A stretch of DNA of 64,000 nucleotides from an uncultured Acidobacteriota bacterium (GTDB lineage Bacteria; Acidobacteriota; Vicinamibacteria; Vicinamibacterales; CAVVIG01). Shown here piece by piece: positions 21,836 to 30,706 of the stretch. Both the position numbers and the translations under genes were made by a program. The notes below the pieces were generated by a model that did no database searches, was not told where the DNA came from, and worked only from the letters and a program-made list of their open reading frames with translations. Numbering within the stretch: the first letter of the stretch is position 1; each line of letters starts with the position of its first letter. The stretch is from contig CAVRXZ010000032.1 in assembly GCA_963725105.1 (NCBI GenBank), positions 2,071-66,070 on the forward strand, in the 5' to 3' direction.

Positions 21836-21854
21836 TGACAAAATGACCAAATTC
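21818..21854. repeat. AATGACCA-type octamer x4 straddling the OMT stop codon
   Basis: aatgacca gacgacct aatgacaa aatgacca aattc; shares the 12-mer ATGACCAAATTC with 16812-16823. Confidence 0.85.
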
Positions 21855-21865
21855 CCGAGTCGATC

Positions 21866-22027
21866 ATGACCATCACTGAGTGGTGTCGCTGGGCGCTGGC
21901 GGATGCGGACCGACGGGGGCTGCCCGCGCTGAAGCCGATGCTCGAAAACCTGGGGCGTGCGCTCCAGGCACTTCGCACCGCCGATTTCAATGCCCGAGCC
22001 GATGGCCCAAACCGCAGAGACGATTGA
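21866..22027 (+). CDS. candidate 53-aa ORF upstream of and overlapping the amidase start
   Basis: MTITEWCRWALADADRRGLPALKPMLENLGRALQALRTADFN...; below the ORF-track length cut-off. The position recalls small GatC/AtzG-like amidase partners, but I see no secure similarity. Confidence 0.3.
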   Translation: MTITEWCRWALADADRRGLPALKPMLENLGRALQALRTADFNARADGPNRRDD

Positions 22028-23342
22028 ACGCTTCGGTCGTCGGCTCCGCGCGGGTGAAACGACCTCGGCCGACACGACGGCGGCCTGTCTGCGCCGCATC
22101 GTGTCCCGCAACGAGCAGCTGAACGCATTCATCCTCGTCATGCCTGACGAGGCCATGGCTCAGGCCCGCGAGGCCGATCGCGAGTTCGCCGCCGGGCACG
22201 ATCGCGGGCCGCTCCACGGTGTCCCCATTGCCTTGAAAGACTTGATCGATGTGCGAGGGGTCGAGACGACGGCCGCCTCGCACGTGCGCTCTGAGCGTCC
22301 AGCCGAGCGGGACGCGACGGTCGTCGCGCGGCTGCGCGAGTCGGGTGCGGTGCTCATCGGTAAGAACAACCTGCACGAGTTTGCGTACGGAACGACGAGC
22401 GAAGACTCGGCGTTTGGCCCCACGCGCAACCCGCATGATCTGACCCGGTCGCCGGGTGGTTCGAGCGGCGGTTCGGCCGCGTGCGTCGCAGCCGACATGG
22501 CGTTCGCGTCGCTTGGGACCGACACCGGCGGATCGATTCGGATCCCCGCGGCCGCTTGCGGAGTGGTCGGTTTGAAGCCGGCCTGGGGCGAGGTGTCGAC
22601 TGAGGGCGTGGTACCGCTCTCGCCCACATTGGATCACGTTGGGCCGCTGGCACGGACAGTGACAGACGCATGGCTTGTCTATCGCGCGCTCATCGGCCTC
22701 CATGACATGCCACCGCCCGGATCAGTCGAGTCCCCCCGACTCGCGGTTCTGCGGCCGTACTTCTGCGATTTACTGGACGATGAGGTCAGGGAGCGATTCG
22801 AAGATTCTTTGAGCCGGCTACGCGGCGCAGGGGTTCACATCGGCGAGGCAAGCATTGCTCACTCGGAATACATCGCGCCGATCTACCTCACTATCCAGCT
22901 GGCCGACGCCGCGGCGTACCACGCGCCGACACTCGAGAGCGTTCCCGAGCGGTACACGGAACCGGTGCGGCTCAGGCTCGAAATGGGTCGCTACGTGCTG
23001 GCTGAAGACTACGCCCGGGCGCTCGCCGGTCGCGAGGTGCTGCGCACAGAGGTCAACCGAGCGTTGATCGGGTACGACGCCGTCGTGCTGCCGGCGCTCC
23101 CCATTCCGGCGCCGACGCTCGGAACCGAGGTCGTCATGCTGAACAACTCGGAGCATCCGCTGCGCGCAGTGATGCTTCGTCTGACGCAGCTCTTCAACCT
23201 CACGGGGCATGCCGCAATCTCAATTCCGTGCGGCCGTACGCGCGCGGGCCTTCCCTGCGGCTTACAACTCGCCGGACACACCACTGAATCGCTCCTTCGC
23301 GTCGCCCGGACGTCCGAACAGCACCTGGCACCCGGCACCTAG
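22002..23342 (+). CDS. amidase signature (GatA-like) family amidase
   Basis: GGSSGGSAA motif, KDLIDV, LNAFILV; start taken at MAQTAETIERF. Confidence 0.9.
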   Translation: MAQTAETIERFGRRLRAGETTSADTTAACLRRIVSRNEQLNAFILVMPDEAMAQAREADREFAAGHDRGPLHGVPIALKDLIDVRGVETTAASHVRSERPAERDATVVARLRESGAVLIGKNNLHEFAYGTTSEDSAFGPTRNPHDLTRSPGGSSGGSAACVAADMAFASLGTDTGGSIRIPAAACGVVGLKPAWGEVSTEGVVPLSPTLDHVGPLARTVTDAWLVYRALIGLHDMPPPGSVESPRLAVLRPYFCDLLDDEVRERFEDSLSRLRGAGVHIGEASIAHSEYIAPIYLTIQLADAAAYHAPTLESVPERYTEPVRLRLEMGRYVLAEDYARALAGREVLRTEVNRALIGYDAVVLPALPIPAPTLGTEVVMLNNSEHPLRAVMLRLTQLFNLTGHAAISIPCGRTRAGLPCGLQLAGHTTESLLRVARTSEQHLAPGT

Positions 23343-23363
23343 CACCCCGCACCGGGTATTCAG

Positions 23364-24356
23364 TTACCGACGTGCCAGCAGATCCCGCGCGATGGCCGCG
23401 TAGTGGCCAACGGCCGACTGCAGTTCCGGAATCGAGATGAACTCGGTGGCGGTGTGTGCGTTATGAATTGAGCCCGGCCCGAACAGCAGCGGCTGCCCCC
23501 AGGCCGTCAGAAACGGAATGTCTGTGGTGTAAGGAAGCACGACGGCCTCGAAACCCGGGACCGTGATGAGACGGACTGGCGGAGCTTCGAGTACATGCTC
23601 GATCGTCAGGCGCGACTCGAGCCGCCGCACAGCATCTCGAATCTTGCCCGCATCAGAAACTGTGCGGAACATCACTTCACATTCGGCAGACGGCGACACG
23701 ACATTGGGAGCCACGCCGCCGGAGATCAATCCGATGGTGTAGTGCGTTCGACCCAGGACGGGATCCACTGGCAGTTCAATCGATCGCAAGTCGAGCAGCG
23801 CATCGATCAGCCCGTCGATCGCCGACTCGCCTAGCTCTGGAAACGACGAGTGCGCCGCCCGGCCGCTGGTCCTCAGTTTGAGGCGGAGCATGCCGCGCGT
23901 CGCCAGTCCCAGCCGGCTGTCGGTCGGTTCGCCGTCAACCAGAAAACGGCTGCCAACAGGTGACGCGTTGGCGACCTTCGCCCCGTCGCTCCCGCGCTCT
24001 TCCCCAACGACAAACAGCAGTCCGACGCGCGTCTCCCCCTCACGGCGCATCAAGTCCACCGCCGCAACCTGGGCCGCAAGAATCCCTTTGGCATCGCAGG
24101 ATCCTCGTCCGAAGATCCGGTCGCCTTCGATACGGCTCGGAAAGAACGGCGGTACGCAGTCAAAGTGCGTGGACAGGACAACGGCGGGTGGCCCGAGAGT
24201 CGCCAGAATGTTGAATCGCTCGGCGTCTACCGGCTGCTTCGCAACCGAAAAGCCGAGAGTCCGGAGATGCTCTGCCAGCCAGCGTCCGGCTTCTGCTTCG
24301 CGGCCGGTCGTGGAGTCGATGTCAACGAGGGCACAAGTCAGTGCTACCGGATCCAC
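23364..24356 (-). CDS. M20 family metallopeptidase, probable succinyl-DAP desuccinylase / acetylornithine deacetylase type
   Basis: STHFDCVP, GRGSCDAKG, VVGEERGSDG metal-ligand motifs; last gene of the asd-lysC-dap operon. Confidence 0.85.
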   Translation of the reverse strand: MDPVALTCALVDIDSTTGREAEAGRWLAEHLRTLGFSVAKQPVDAERFNILATLGPPAVVLSTHFDCVPPFFPSRIEGDRIFGRGSCDAKGILAAQVAAVDLMRREGETRVGLLFVVGEERGSDGAKVANASPVGSRFLVDGEPTDSRLGLATRGMLRLKLRTSGRAAHSSFPELGESAIDGLIDALLDLRSIELPVDPVLGRTHYTIGLISGGVAPNVVSPSAECEVMFRTVSDAGKIRDAVRRLESRLTIEHVLEAPPVRLITVPGFEAVVLPYTTDIPFLTAWGQPLLFGPGSIHNAHTATEFISIPELQSAVGHYAAIARDLLARR

Positions 24357-25186
24357 GCTTCGAGCTCCGTGCGCGTGTCGGTCCGTGAGTCACGGTATTT
24401 GACGATGACTGGCGTCGAGAGGGCGAGGCCCCATTCGGGGCCCTTGCCGGCCGAGACGGCGCGCGAACCCGGCACGACGACGGCGCCTTCTGGGACGACG
24501 AGGGGCTGCTCGGCAGTAGGTCGGATGATCTGGCCGCGGACAAGATCGTAGACAGGTGTCGAGCCCGTGAGAACGGTGCCGGCCGCGACAACCGCACGGG
24601 CCTTGATGATGGCGCCTTCGTATATTCCCGTGTTGCCGCCGATCAACGCCTCGTTCTCGACAATCACCGGCAGCGCGCCGACCGGCTCGATGACGCCGCC
24701 AATTTGAGCCCCGGCGCTGACATGCACACGCGCGCCGACCTGCGCGCACGATCCGACGAGCGCATGCGAGTCGATGAGCGACTGCTCGCCGATCCAGGCG
24801 CCGATGTTCACGAACATCGGCGGCATGCAGATGACACCGGGCGCGAGATACGCTCCGTCGCGGACCGACGATCCGCCCGGTACGATGCGCACGCCAGCGC
24901 CGTCAGGGAAACGGCGAAGCGGCAGCGTGTCTTTGTCATAGAAGGGCCATTTGCCGTGGTCCATCGACACGTTGACCGTGTCGCCGAATCTGAATCCGAG
25001 CAGGATGCCCTGCTTCACCCATGCGTTCACGCGCCAGCCGACCACGCTCGAGGCATCGGGCTCGGCCGCTCGAACGGTTCCAGCTGACAGTGCCTCGCGC
25101 AGGCGCGCGAATGCCGTCCGCGCGGTTTCGCGATCAGCAGCCGTGCCGGCGGCGGCAAGAGACTCGATATCGTCGCGGAGGGACAT
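24344..25186 (-). CDS. dapD: 2,3,4,5-tetrahydropyridine-2,6-dicarboxylate N-succinyltransferase
   Basis: NAWVKQGILLGFRF N-domain plus hexapeptide-repeat LbH region. Confidence 0.9.
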   Translation of the reverse strand: MSLRDDIESLAAAGTAADRETARTAFARLREALSAGTVRAAEPDASSVVGWRVNAWVKQGILLGFRFGDTVNVSMDHGKWPFYDKDTLPLRRFPDGAGVRIVPGGSSVRDGAYLAPGVICMPPMFVNIGAWIGEQSLIDSHALVGSCAQVGARVHVSAGAQIGGVIEPVGALPVIVENEALIGGNTGIYEGAIIKARAVVAAGTVLTGSTPVYDLVRGQIIRPTAEQPLVVPEGAVVVPGSRAVSAGKGPEWGLALSTPVIVKYRDSRTDTRTELEAWIR

Positions 25187-25272
25187 TATCTACTCTCTCG
25201 CGGGGCCCCACCCCCGCTCGCTGACGCCTTCGCGCCGACGCGCTCGGCGTATCCAGAACCGGACGTCACCGC

Positions 25273-26173
25273 TCAAACGAGAGCTGCCTTCAAAAGGCCA
25301 AGGTTTCTAAGGACCGCGTTGATCTTCTCTTTGGACTCCGGCTTCAGGGGAAACCAGCGGCAGACGATAGATCTCCTCGAGGAGGCCCATCGCCGCCATC
25401 GCAGCCTTGACCGGGCCCGGACTCGATTCGACGAAATTGATTTGCATGAGCGGCATGATCCGCTCGTGAATGGTCCGTGCCGCGACGAAATCGCCGCGCT
25501 CGGCCGCTTCGACGATCTGCGACATCTCGGTCGGACTCTCGTTCGACACGACCGAGATCACGCCGCGTCCGCCCACCGCCATCAACGGCAACGTCACCAC
25601 ATCGTCTCCGGAAAGCACGATGAATTCCGTCGGTACCGTGCGACAAACCTCGCACATCTGCGCCATGTTGCCGGACGCCTCTTTGATGCCAATGATGCCG
25701 CTGACGGATGAGAGCCTGGCCACCGTCGTCGGCTCGAGATTGCAGCCGGTGCGGCCTGGAACGTTATAGAGAATGATGGGCAGCGGCGTACTGTCGGCGA
25801 TCGCTCGATAGTGCTGATAGAGACCTTCCTGCGTCGGTCTGTTGTAGTAGGGCGTGACAGAAAGCAGGCCGTCAGCGCCGGCTTTCTTCATTTCGGCGGC
25901 GGCGTGAATGACTTCGCGTGTGTCGTAGCCGCCGGCGCCGGCGAGAATCGGTATTCGGCCGCCGGCCTCTTCAGCGAGAATCTCGACGATTCGGCTCTTT
26001 TCGGCGAGCGTAAGTGTGGGGCTTTCACCTGTCGTGCCGACCGGCACCAGAAAATGGACGCCACCGTCGATCTGCCGTCGTCCTAAACGCCGGACCGCGG
26101 CTTCGTCGACGCCGCCATTCCTGGTAAACGGCGTCACAAGAGCCGTTCCGCATCCCGTGAACTGCGTTCGCAT
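25273..26173 (-). pseudogene. dapA: 4-hydroxy-tetrahydrodipicolinate synthase, +1 frame change near 25347-25353
   Basis: GTALVTPF, VPVGTTGES, ILYNVPGRTG, IGIKEASG motifs. The canonical tail RLPLVPLKPESKEKINAVLRNLGLL... is read only after removing one base in GGTTTCCCC. Span is 901 nt. Confidence 0.9.
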
Positions 26174-26178
26174 GGCCC

Positions 26179-26868
26179 CTACACTCCCAAGACATCTTTC
26201 ATGGTGAACCAGCCGTGCCGTCCTTTGACCCATCGGGCTGCGATCAGCGCCCCGCGTGCAAAGGCTGAGCGGTCGCGTGCGGTGTGCGTCAGCGTGACCG
26301 TCTCGGCCGGGCCATCGAACCCCACGACATGCGTGCCGGGGATGAACCCCGCGCGCGTTGAGGATACATCTATTGCCCGGTCAAATCCCGCGTCCAGCAT
26401 GGCACGTTTGAGGAGCAGGGCCGTTCCCGACGGGGCGTCTTTCTTGGCCGCATGGTGCGATTCCTGAAGAAACGCGCCGAAATCGTGCTGCCTCGCAGCC
26501 AGCTTCGCCGCGTGCGACACGATGGCCTCGAACATGACGACGCCGACAGAGAAGTTCGGTGCTGCTACCACGCCAATGCCGGCGTCCTTGGCGGCCTGAC
26601 GCACGGCTGGCTCGTCGGGCGCCCAGCCGGTCGTCCCGATCACCAGATTGATGCCGTGTCGCGCCAGCGCCGGCGCGTTGACCTTGACGGTATCGGGAAA
26701 CGAAAAATCGATGGCCACGTCAACGCCGCGCCAGCGGTCCAGCTCGGCACCGCCGTCGTGACGCGGAGACTGCGGATCGATCACGCCGACCACCTCGCCG
26801 CCGTATTCCGGCGCGAGGTCGCCGACCAGACGCCCCATCCGCCCGTAGCCGACCAGCAGGATCCTCAT
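26179..26868 (-). CDS. dapB: 4-hydroxy-tetrahydrodipicolinate reductase
   Basis: MRILLVGYGRMG NAD(P) motif, ESHHAAKKDAPSGTA catalytic block; start overlaps lysC stop. Confidence 0.9.
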   Translation of the reverse strand: MRILLVGYGRMGRLVGDLAPEYGGEVVGVIDPQSPRHDGGAELDRWRGVDVAIDFSFPDTVKVNAPALARHGINLVIGTTGWAPDEPAVRQAAKDAGIGVVAAPNFSVGVVMFEAIVSHAAKLAARQHDFGAFLQESHHAAKKDAPSGTALLLKRAMLDAGFDRAIDVSSTRAGFIPGTHVVGFDGPAETVTLTHTARDRSAFARGALIAARWVKGRHGWFTMKDVLGV

Positions 26869-28235
26869 CCGAAGAACTCGTCGTGCAGACGCGTCATCGC
26901 CGTCGGCACATCGGCGTCCCGCAGCACAAACGTCATGTTTCGCCGCGAGGCAGCCTGCGACACCATCCGCAGCGGAATCGCCCCTATCGCCGAAATCGCA
27001 CGACCGAACGCACGGGGATCCGCGTGTATGTCCTCCCCAACGGCGCAGATAATGGCCATCTCCCGTTCGCACTCCACGTCCGCAAATGACCGGAGCGCTT
27101 CGACGATACTATCAAGGCGCCGAACGTCGTCGATCGTGACCGAGACGCTGACCTCCGAAGTCGTGACGACATCCACCGGCGTCTTGAAGCGCTCGAAGAC
27201 CTCGAACACCCGCCGCAGAAAGCCGTGCGTCATGAACATCCGCGACGACGTCATGTCGATGACCGTTACGTCGCGCTTACAGGCGATGGCCGTAAGACAG
27301 CCGTCCGCCGCGACAGGATCGGCCGTGATCAGCGTGCCGGTTCTGTCGGGTTCGACCGAATTGAGAATCCGCACGGGAATGTTCTTTGATACCGCAGGAA
27401 GAATCGTCGAGGGGTGGAGCACCTTCGCGCCGAAATACGCCAGTTCGGAGGCTTCGGCAAATGACAGGCGCGGCACGAGCCGCGGGTTCGGAACAACTCG
27501 AGGATCGGCGGTCAGCATGCCATCGACATCAGTCCAGATTTGAATCTCGCTGGAGCCCAGACACGCACCGAAGATCGCGGCCGAATAATCCGAGCCACCG
27601 CGACCGAGCGTTGTCGTCACGCCGCCTGAGGTAGCGCCAATGAATCCACCCATGACCGCGACGTCGCCCTGAACGAGAACCGGTCGGATGATCTCACTGG
27701 CTCGCGCGCACGTCGCCTCCATGTCAGGCAGCGCGGCCGTATGGTCAGCGTCGGTAACCAGGACCTGCCTCGAATCCACCCACGTTGTCGCCACGCCCAC
27801 TTCCGCGAGCGCTGCCGCCATGAGTCGGCTGCTCGCCAGTTCGCCGGTGGCGGCAATGGCGTCCAGCAATCGAGGCGAAAGTTCGTCCAGCGAGGCCAGC
27901 GAACGTACCATTTCGCTGGTGGCCCCGAACTCTGCCCGCAGGTCACGGGTCACGGCAGCGAGCCGTTCGCCGCTGGTCATCGCTGACGCGATGCGCAGGT
28001 GCCGCTCCAGAAGCTCGTTCAGCCGGCTGACGGCGCGATCCACTTCTCCGGACTGCACGAACCGTCCGACCTGCAGCAGCCCGTCGGTGACTTTCGAGAG
28101 CGCCGACACAACCACGACGGGAGGCAGCGTGTCAGGCGCCCTGTGTTCGACCTCATGTCGAACAATGGCCGTCACGCGGTGGAAGGCTGACTCATCGGCC
28201 ACCGACGTCCCGCCGAACTTCATCACGGCACTCAC
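26865..28235 (-). CDS. lysC: aspartate kinase
   Basis: KFGGTSV, GGSDYSAAIF, C-terminal ACT domains. Confidence 0.95.
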   Translation of the reverse strand: MSAVMKFGGTSVADESAFHRVTAIVRHEVEHRAPDTLPPVVVVSALSKVTDGLLQVGRFVQSGEVDRAVSRLNELLERHLRIASAMTSGERLAAVTRDLRAEFGATSEMVRSLASLDELSPRLLDAIAATGELASSRLMAAALAEVGVATTWVDSRQVLVTDADHTAALPDMEATCARASEIIRPVLVQGDVAVMGGFIGATSGGVTTTLGRGGSDYSAAIFGACLGSSEIQIWTDVDGMLTADPRVVPNPRLVPRLSFAEASELAYFGAKVLHPSTILPAVSKNIPVRILNSVEPDRTGTLITADPVAADGCLTAIACKRDVTVIDMTSSRMFMTHGFLRRVFEVFERFKTPVDVVTTSEVSVSVTIDDVRRLDSIVEALRSFADVECEREMAIICAVGEDIHADPRAFGRAISAIGAIPLRMVSQAASRRNMTFVLRDADVPTAMTRLHDEFFG

Positions 28236-28249
28236 GCGACTACCTCGCC

Positions 28250-28321
28250 CAACCCACCTGACCCACCCGACCCACCCGCCCTACCTGACCCACCCGCCCT
28301 ACCTGCCCTACCCGCCCTTCC
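28250..28321. repeat. eight degenerate nonamers (YGACCCACC / YGCCCTACC) filling the asd-lysC spacer; G-rich on the sense strand
   Basis: Read directly. On the minus (mRNA-sense) strand this gives about 12 GGG tracts with 1-7 nt loops. Confidence 0.9.
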
Positions 28322-28328
28322 TTTTGCA

Positions 28329-29375
28329 TCACAGTCTGCCTTCCCGCTGCATCAGCTCGGCGTTGAGAATCGCGGCGCCTGCTGCGCCCCGAATCGTGTT
28401 GTGGCCAAGCGCCATGAACTTGTAGTCGAGAACAGGACAGGGTCGCAGTCGACCGACGCTGACCGTCATGCCGCGGCCGCGGTCCACATCGAGCGTCGGC
28501 TGAGGCCTGTTTGCTTCCGTCAGATAGACGATCGGCTCCGGGGGAGCAGAAGGCAGATCCAGGTCCTGCGGACGACCTTTGAACGACCGCCACGCGTCAA
28601 TGATCGCTTCAACCGGCGGACGCTGCTCGAGGCCGACCGAAACTGACGTGGTGTGCCCGTTCTGTACGCCCACGCGCGTCGTCTGCGCACTGATGACGAC
28701 GGCGTGGGGATCGACGCGGCCATCCGTCAGACAACCGAGGATCTTTTGTGTCTCCGTTTCGATCTTCTCTTCTTCGCCGCCGCCAATGTAGGGAATGATG
28801 TTGCCGAGAATGTCCCACGATGCGACGCCCGGATAGCCCGCGCCGGAAATGGCCTGTAGTGTCGTCACCGTGGCTGTCTTCAATCCAAACTGCCTGAGCG
28901 GAGCGAGTGCCATCGCTAGGACGACGACGGCGCAATTCGGGTTGGTCACAATCCTCCCCGTCCAGCCGTGATCGGCGGCTTGTGCGTCGAGCAGCTTCAG
29001 ATGATCCGCATTGACCTCGGGGATGAGAAGCGGGACGGACTTTTCCATCCGGTAGTTTCTCGAGTTGCTGACAATGATGTGCCCGGCTCGGGCGAAGGCC
29101 GCTTCAATCTCACCGGCCACGGAGGAATCGAGGCCGGAAAACACGAGATGCGGCGCGCGATCCGGAACGGCAGCGTCCACAGTGAGGCGCGCAACGTCAT
29201 CGGGGAGGGGCGCGGCCAGCCGCCAGGCGGCCGCGTCGCGGTACGATTTGCCCTCCGAACGCTGACTGGCTCCCAGCCACGCGACGCGGAACCATGGGTG
29301 GTTCGCAAGGAGGGCGACGAACTGCTGGCCGACCATGCCGGTCGCGCCAAGAATGCCGACGGGAATTGTAGCCAT
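28329..29375 (-). CDS. asd: aspartate-semialdehyde dehydrogenase
   Basis: GILGATGMVGQ NADP motif, NPNCAV active-site Cys block, GHN..RGAAG near C-terminus. ATG 29375 is preferred over TTG 29390, which lies inside a U-run. Confidence 0.95.
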   Translation of the reverse strand: MATIPVGILGATGMVGQQFVALLANHPWFRVAWLGASQRSEGKSYRDAAAWRLAAPLPDDVARLTVDAAVPDRAPHLVFSGLDSSVAGEIEAAFARAGHIIVSNSRNYRMEKSVPLLIPEVNADHLKLLDAQAADHGWTGRIVTNPNCAVVVLAMALAPLRQFGLKTATVTTLQAISGAGYPGVASWDILGNIIPYIGGGEEEKIETETQKILGCLTDGRVDPHAVVISAQTTRVGVQNGHTTSVSVGLEQRPPVEAIIDAWRSFKGRPQDLDLPSAPPEPIVYLTEANRPQPTLDVDRGRGMTVSVGRLRPCPVLDYKFMALGHNTIRGAAGAAILNAELMQREGRL

Positions 29376-29388
29376 GGTGATTCGTTCC

Positions 29389-29421
29389 AAAAAAAAAGCC
29401 GACGCGGAAAACCGTGTCGGC
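29389..29421 (-). terminator. intrinsic-terminator-like hairpin plus U9 inside the asd leader (putative attenuator)
   Basis: Minus strand reads GCCGACACGG-UUUU-CCGCGUCGGC-UUUUUUUUU, ending 14 nt before the asd ATG. No upstream minus-strand gene for it to terminate. Confidence 0.55.
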
Positions 29422-29563
29422 GGACGTTCTGGCTCGTGTGTTTTGCGCGATTAGCGTTCGAGCGCAACTCCCCCGATACGGGTGACCCGCTTCTGTCGCC
29501 CGTTCCGCTTTCGCGTGTGGGAGAAGAACACAACCATTGCAGCCGGTAAGTATAGCATTAGTC

Positions 29564-30706
29564 ATGCTCGAGTCATTCTTCCACGCCTGGGAACGACGGC
29601 TCGCAGCTGTGTCGACCGATCGCGTCGTCCGACCGTTCGAATGGGGACTCGACTGGATTCCAGCCGATCGTCCTTCTTCCGCCTCGGACGTCGACGCGCT
29701 CGACCAATGGATTTCGCGGGTCATGACCGATACCGACGCGTTCTTTACACCACCGCCCACCCGCGAGTATCGCGTCACCGAAGCGCCTGAAAGCACGGCC
29801 CTTGTGACCTTTCCAAGTGCGTTCACGACGCCGCACGCCGAAAACAACACGGTGTACTGCCGATACTTCCCGGCGCGGCGTTCGGCCTCGAAATCTGGAC
29901 CGGGCCAGGGACTCCGCTCAGCGGTCCTCGTGCTGCCCCAATGGAATGCTGACTCGGGGGGCCACATAGGCCTCAGCCGGATCCTCGCCTGGGCCGGCAT
30001 GAGTGCGCTCAGGCTCTCGCTGCCCTACCACGATCAACGCATGCCACCCGAGCTGCGCCGCGCCGACTACATCGTCAGCTCTAACGTTGCGCGAACCGTG
30101 CAAGTCTGTCGTCAGGCTGTTCTCGATGCGCGACGAGCCATCGGGTGGCTCCACGACCAGGGGTACGACCGCATCGGAATCCTTGGAACCAGCCTCGGGT
30201 CGTGCCTCGCACTCCTGACGACTGCACACGAACCGTTGATTCGCGCGCAGGCTCTGAACCACATCTCGCCGTACTTCGCGGACGTCGTGTGGCGCGGCAT
30301 CTCAACACGACATGTCCGGGACGCCTTCGATGGTCGGATTGAGCTCGATCACCTTCGCGATCTCTGGAAACCGATCAGCCCGCGCTGGTATCTTGACCGG
30401 ATTCGCGATCGACAAACGCTGCTTCTGTACGCACGCTACGACCTGACATTTCCCGTTGATCTGTCTCGCGATCTGGTCAACGCGTTCGGAGACCAGCGCG
30501 TGCCTCACGAGGTTGCCGTGCTGCCATGCGGCCACTATTCCACCGGGAAGGCACCGTTCAAGTTCATGGACGCGTGGATTCTTACCCGCTTCCTGAAGCG
30601 GGCGCTCAGTGAAGAGACCCGTCCGGATTCCGAGCGGCTCGTAGAAGGTCGCGAGAGCGCTTCAGAACGGATTGGCGGGAAGGACAACCGGATCGCCCAG
30701 GCCTAG
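29564..30706 (+). CDS. alpha/beta hydrolase
   Basis: GTSLGS nucleophile elbow, ...LPCGHYS C-terminal His. ATG 29564 is preceded by TATAGC at 29551-29556. Confidence 0.7.
   Translation: MLESFFHAWERRLAAVSTDRVVRPFEWGLDWIPADRPSSASDVDALDQWISRVMTDTDAFFTPPPTREYRVTEAPESTALVTFPSAFTTPHAENNTVYCRYFPARRSASKSGPGQGLRSAVLVLPQWNADSGGHIGLSRILAWAGMSALRLSLPYHDQRMPPELRRADYIVSSNVARTVQVCRQAVLDARRAIGWLHDQGYDRIGILGTSLGSCLALLTTAHEPLIRAQALNHISPYFADVVWRGISTRHVRDAFDGRIELDHLRDLWKPISPRWYLDRIRDRQTLLLYARYDLTFPVDLSRDLVNAFGDQRVPHEVAVLPCGHYSTGKAPFKFMDAWILTRFLKRALSEETRPDSERLVEGRESASERIGGKDNRIAQA

Noticed and set aside
26179-27072. N-terminally extended versions of dapB, dapA, asd, the amidase and the DUF1343 gene as listed in the ORF track
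   Set aside because: Conserved N-termini (MRILLVGYGRMG, MRTQFTGCGTALVTPF, MATIPVGILGATG, MAQTAETIERF, MAVRLGSERL) start at internal codons. The extensions overlap neighbouring genes or a U-run.
29376-29560. Lysine (L-box) riboswitch upstream of asd
   Set aside because: The leader is only about 150 nt. I could not find the conserved L-box elements I remember (AGAGGCGC, CCGAAAGGGG, CUGUCA, UGGAGAGCU). It is kept as an unclassified attenuator candidate instead.
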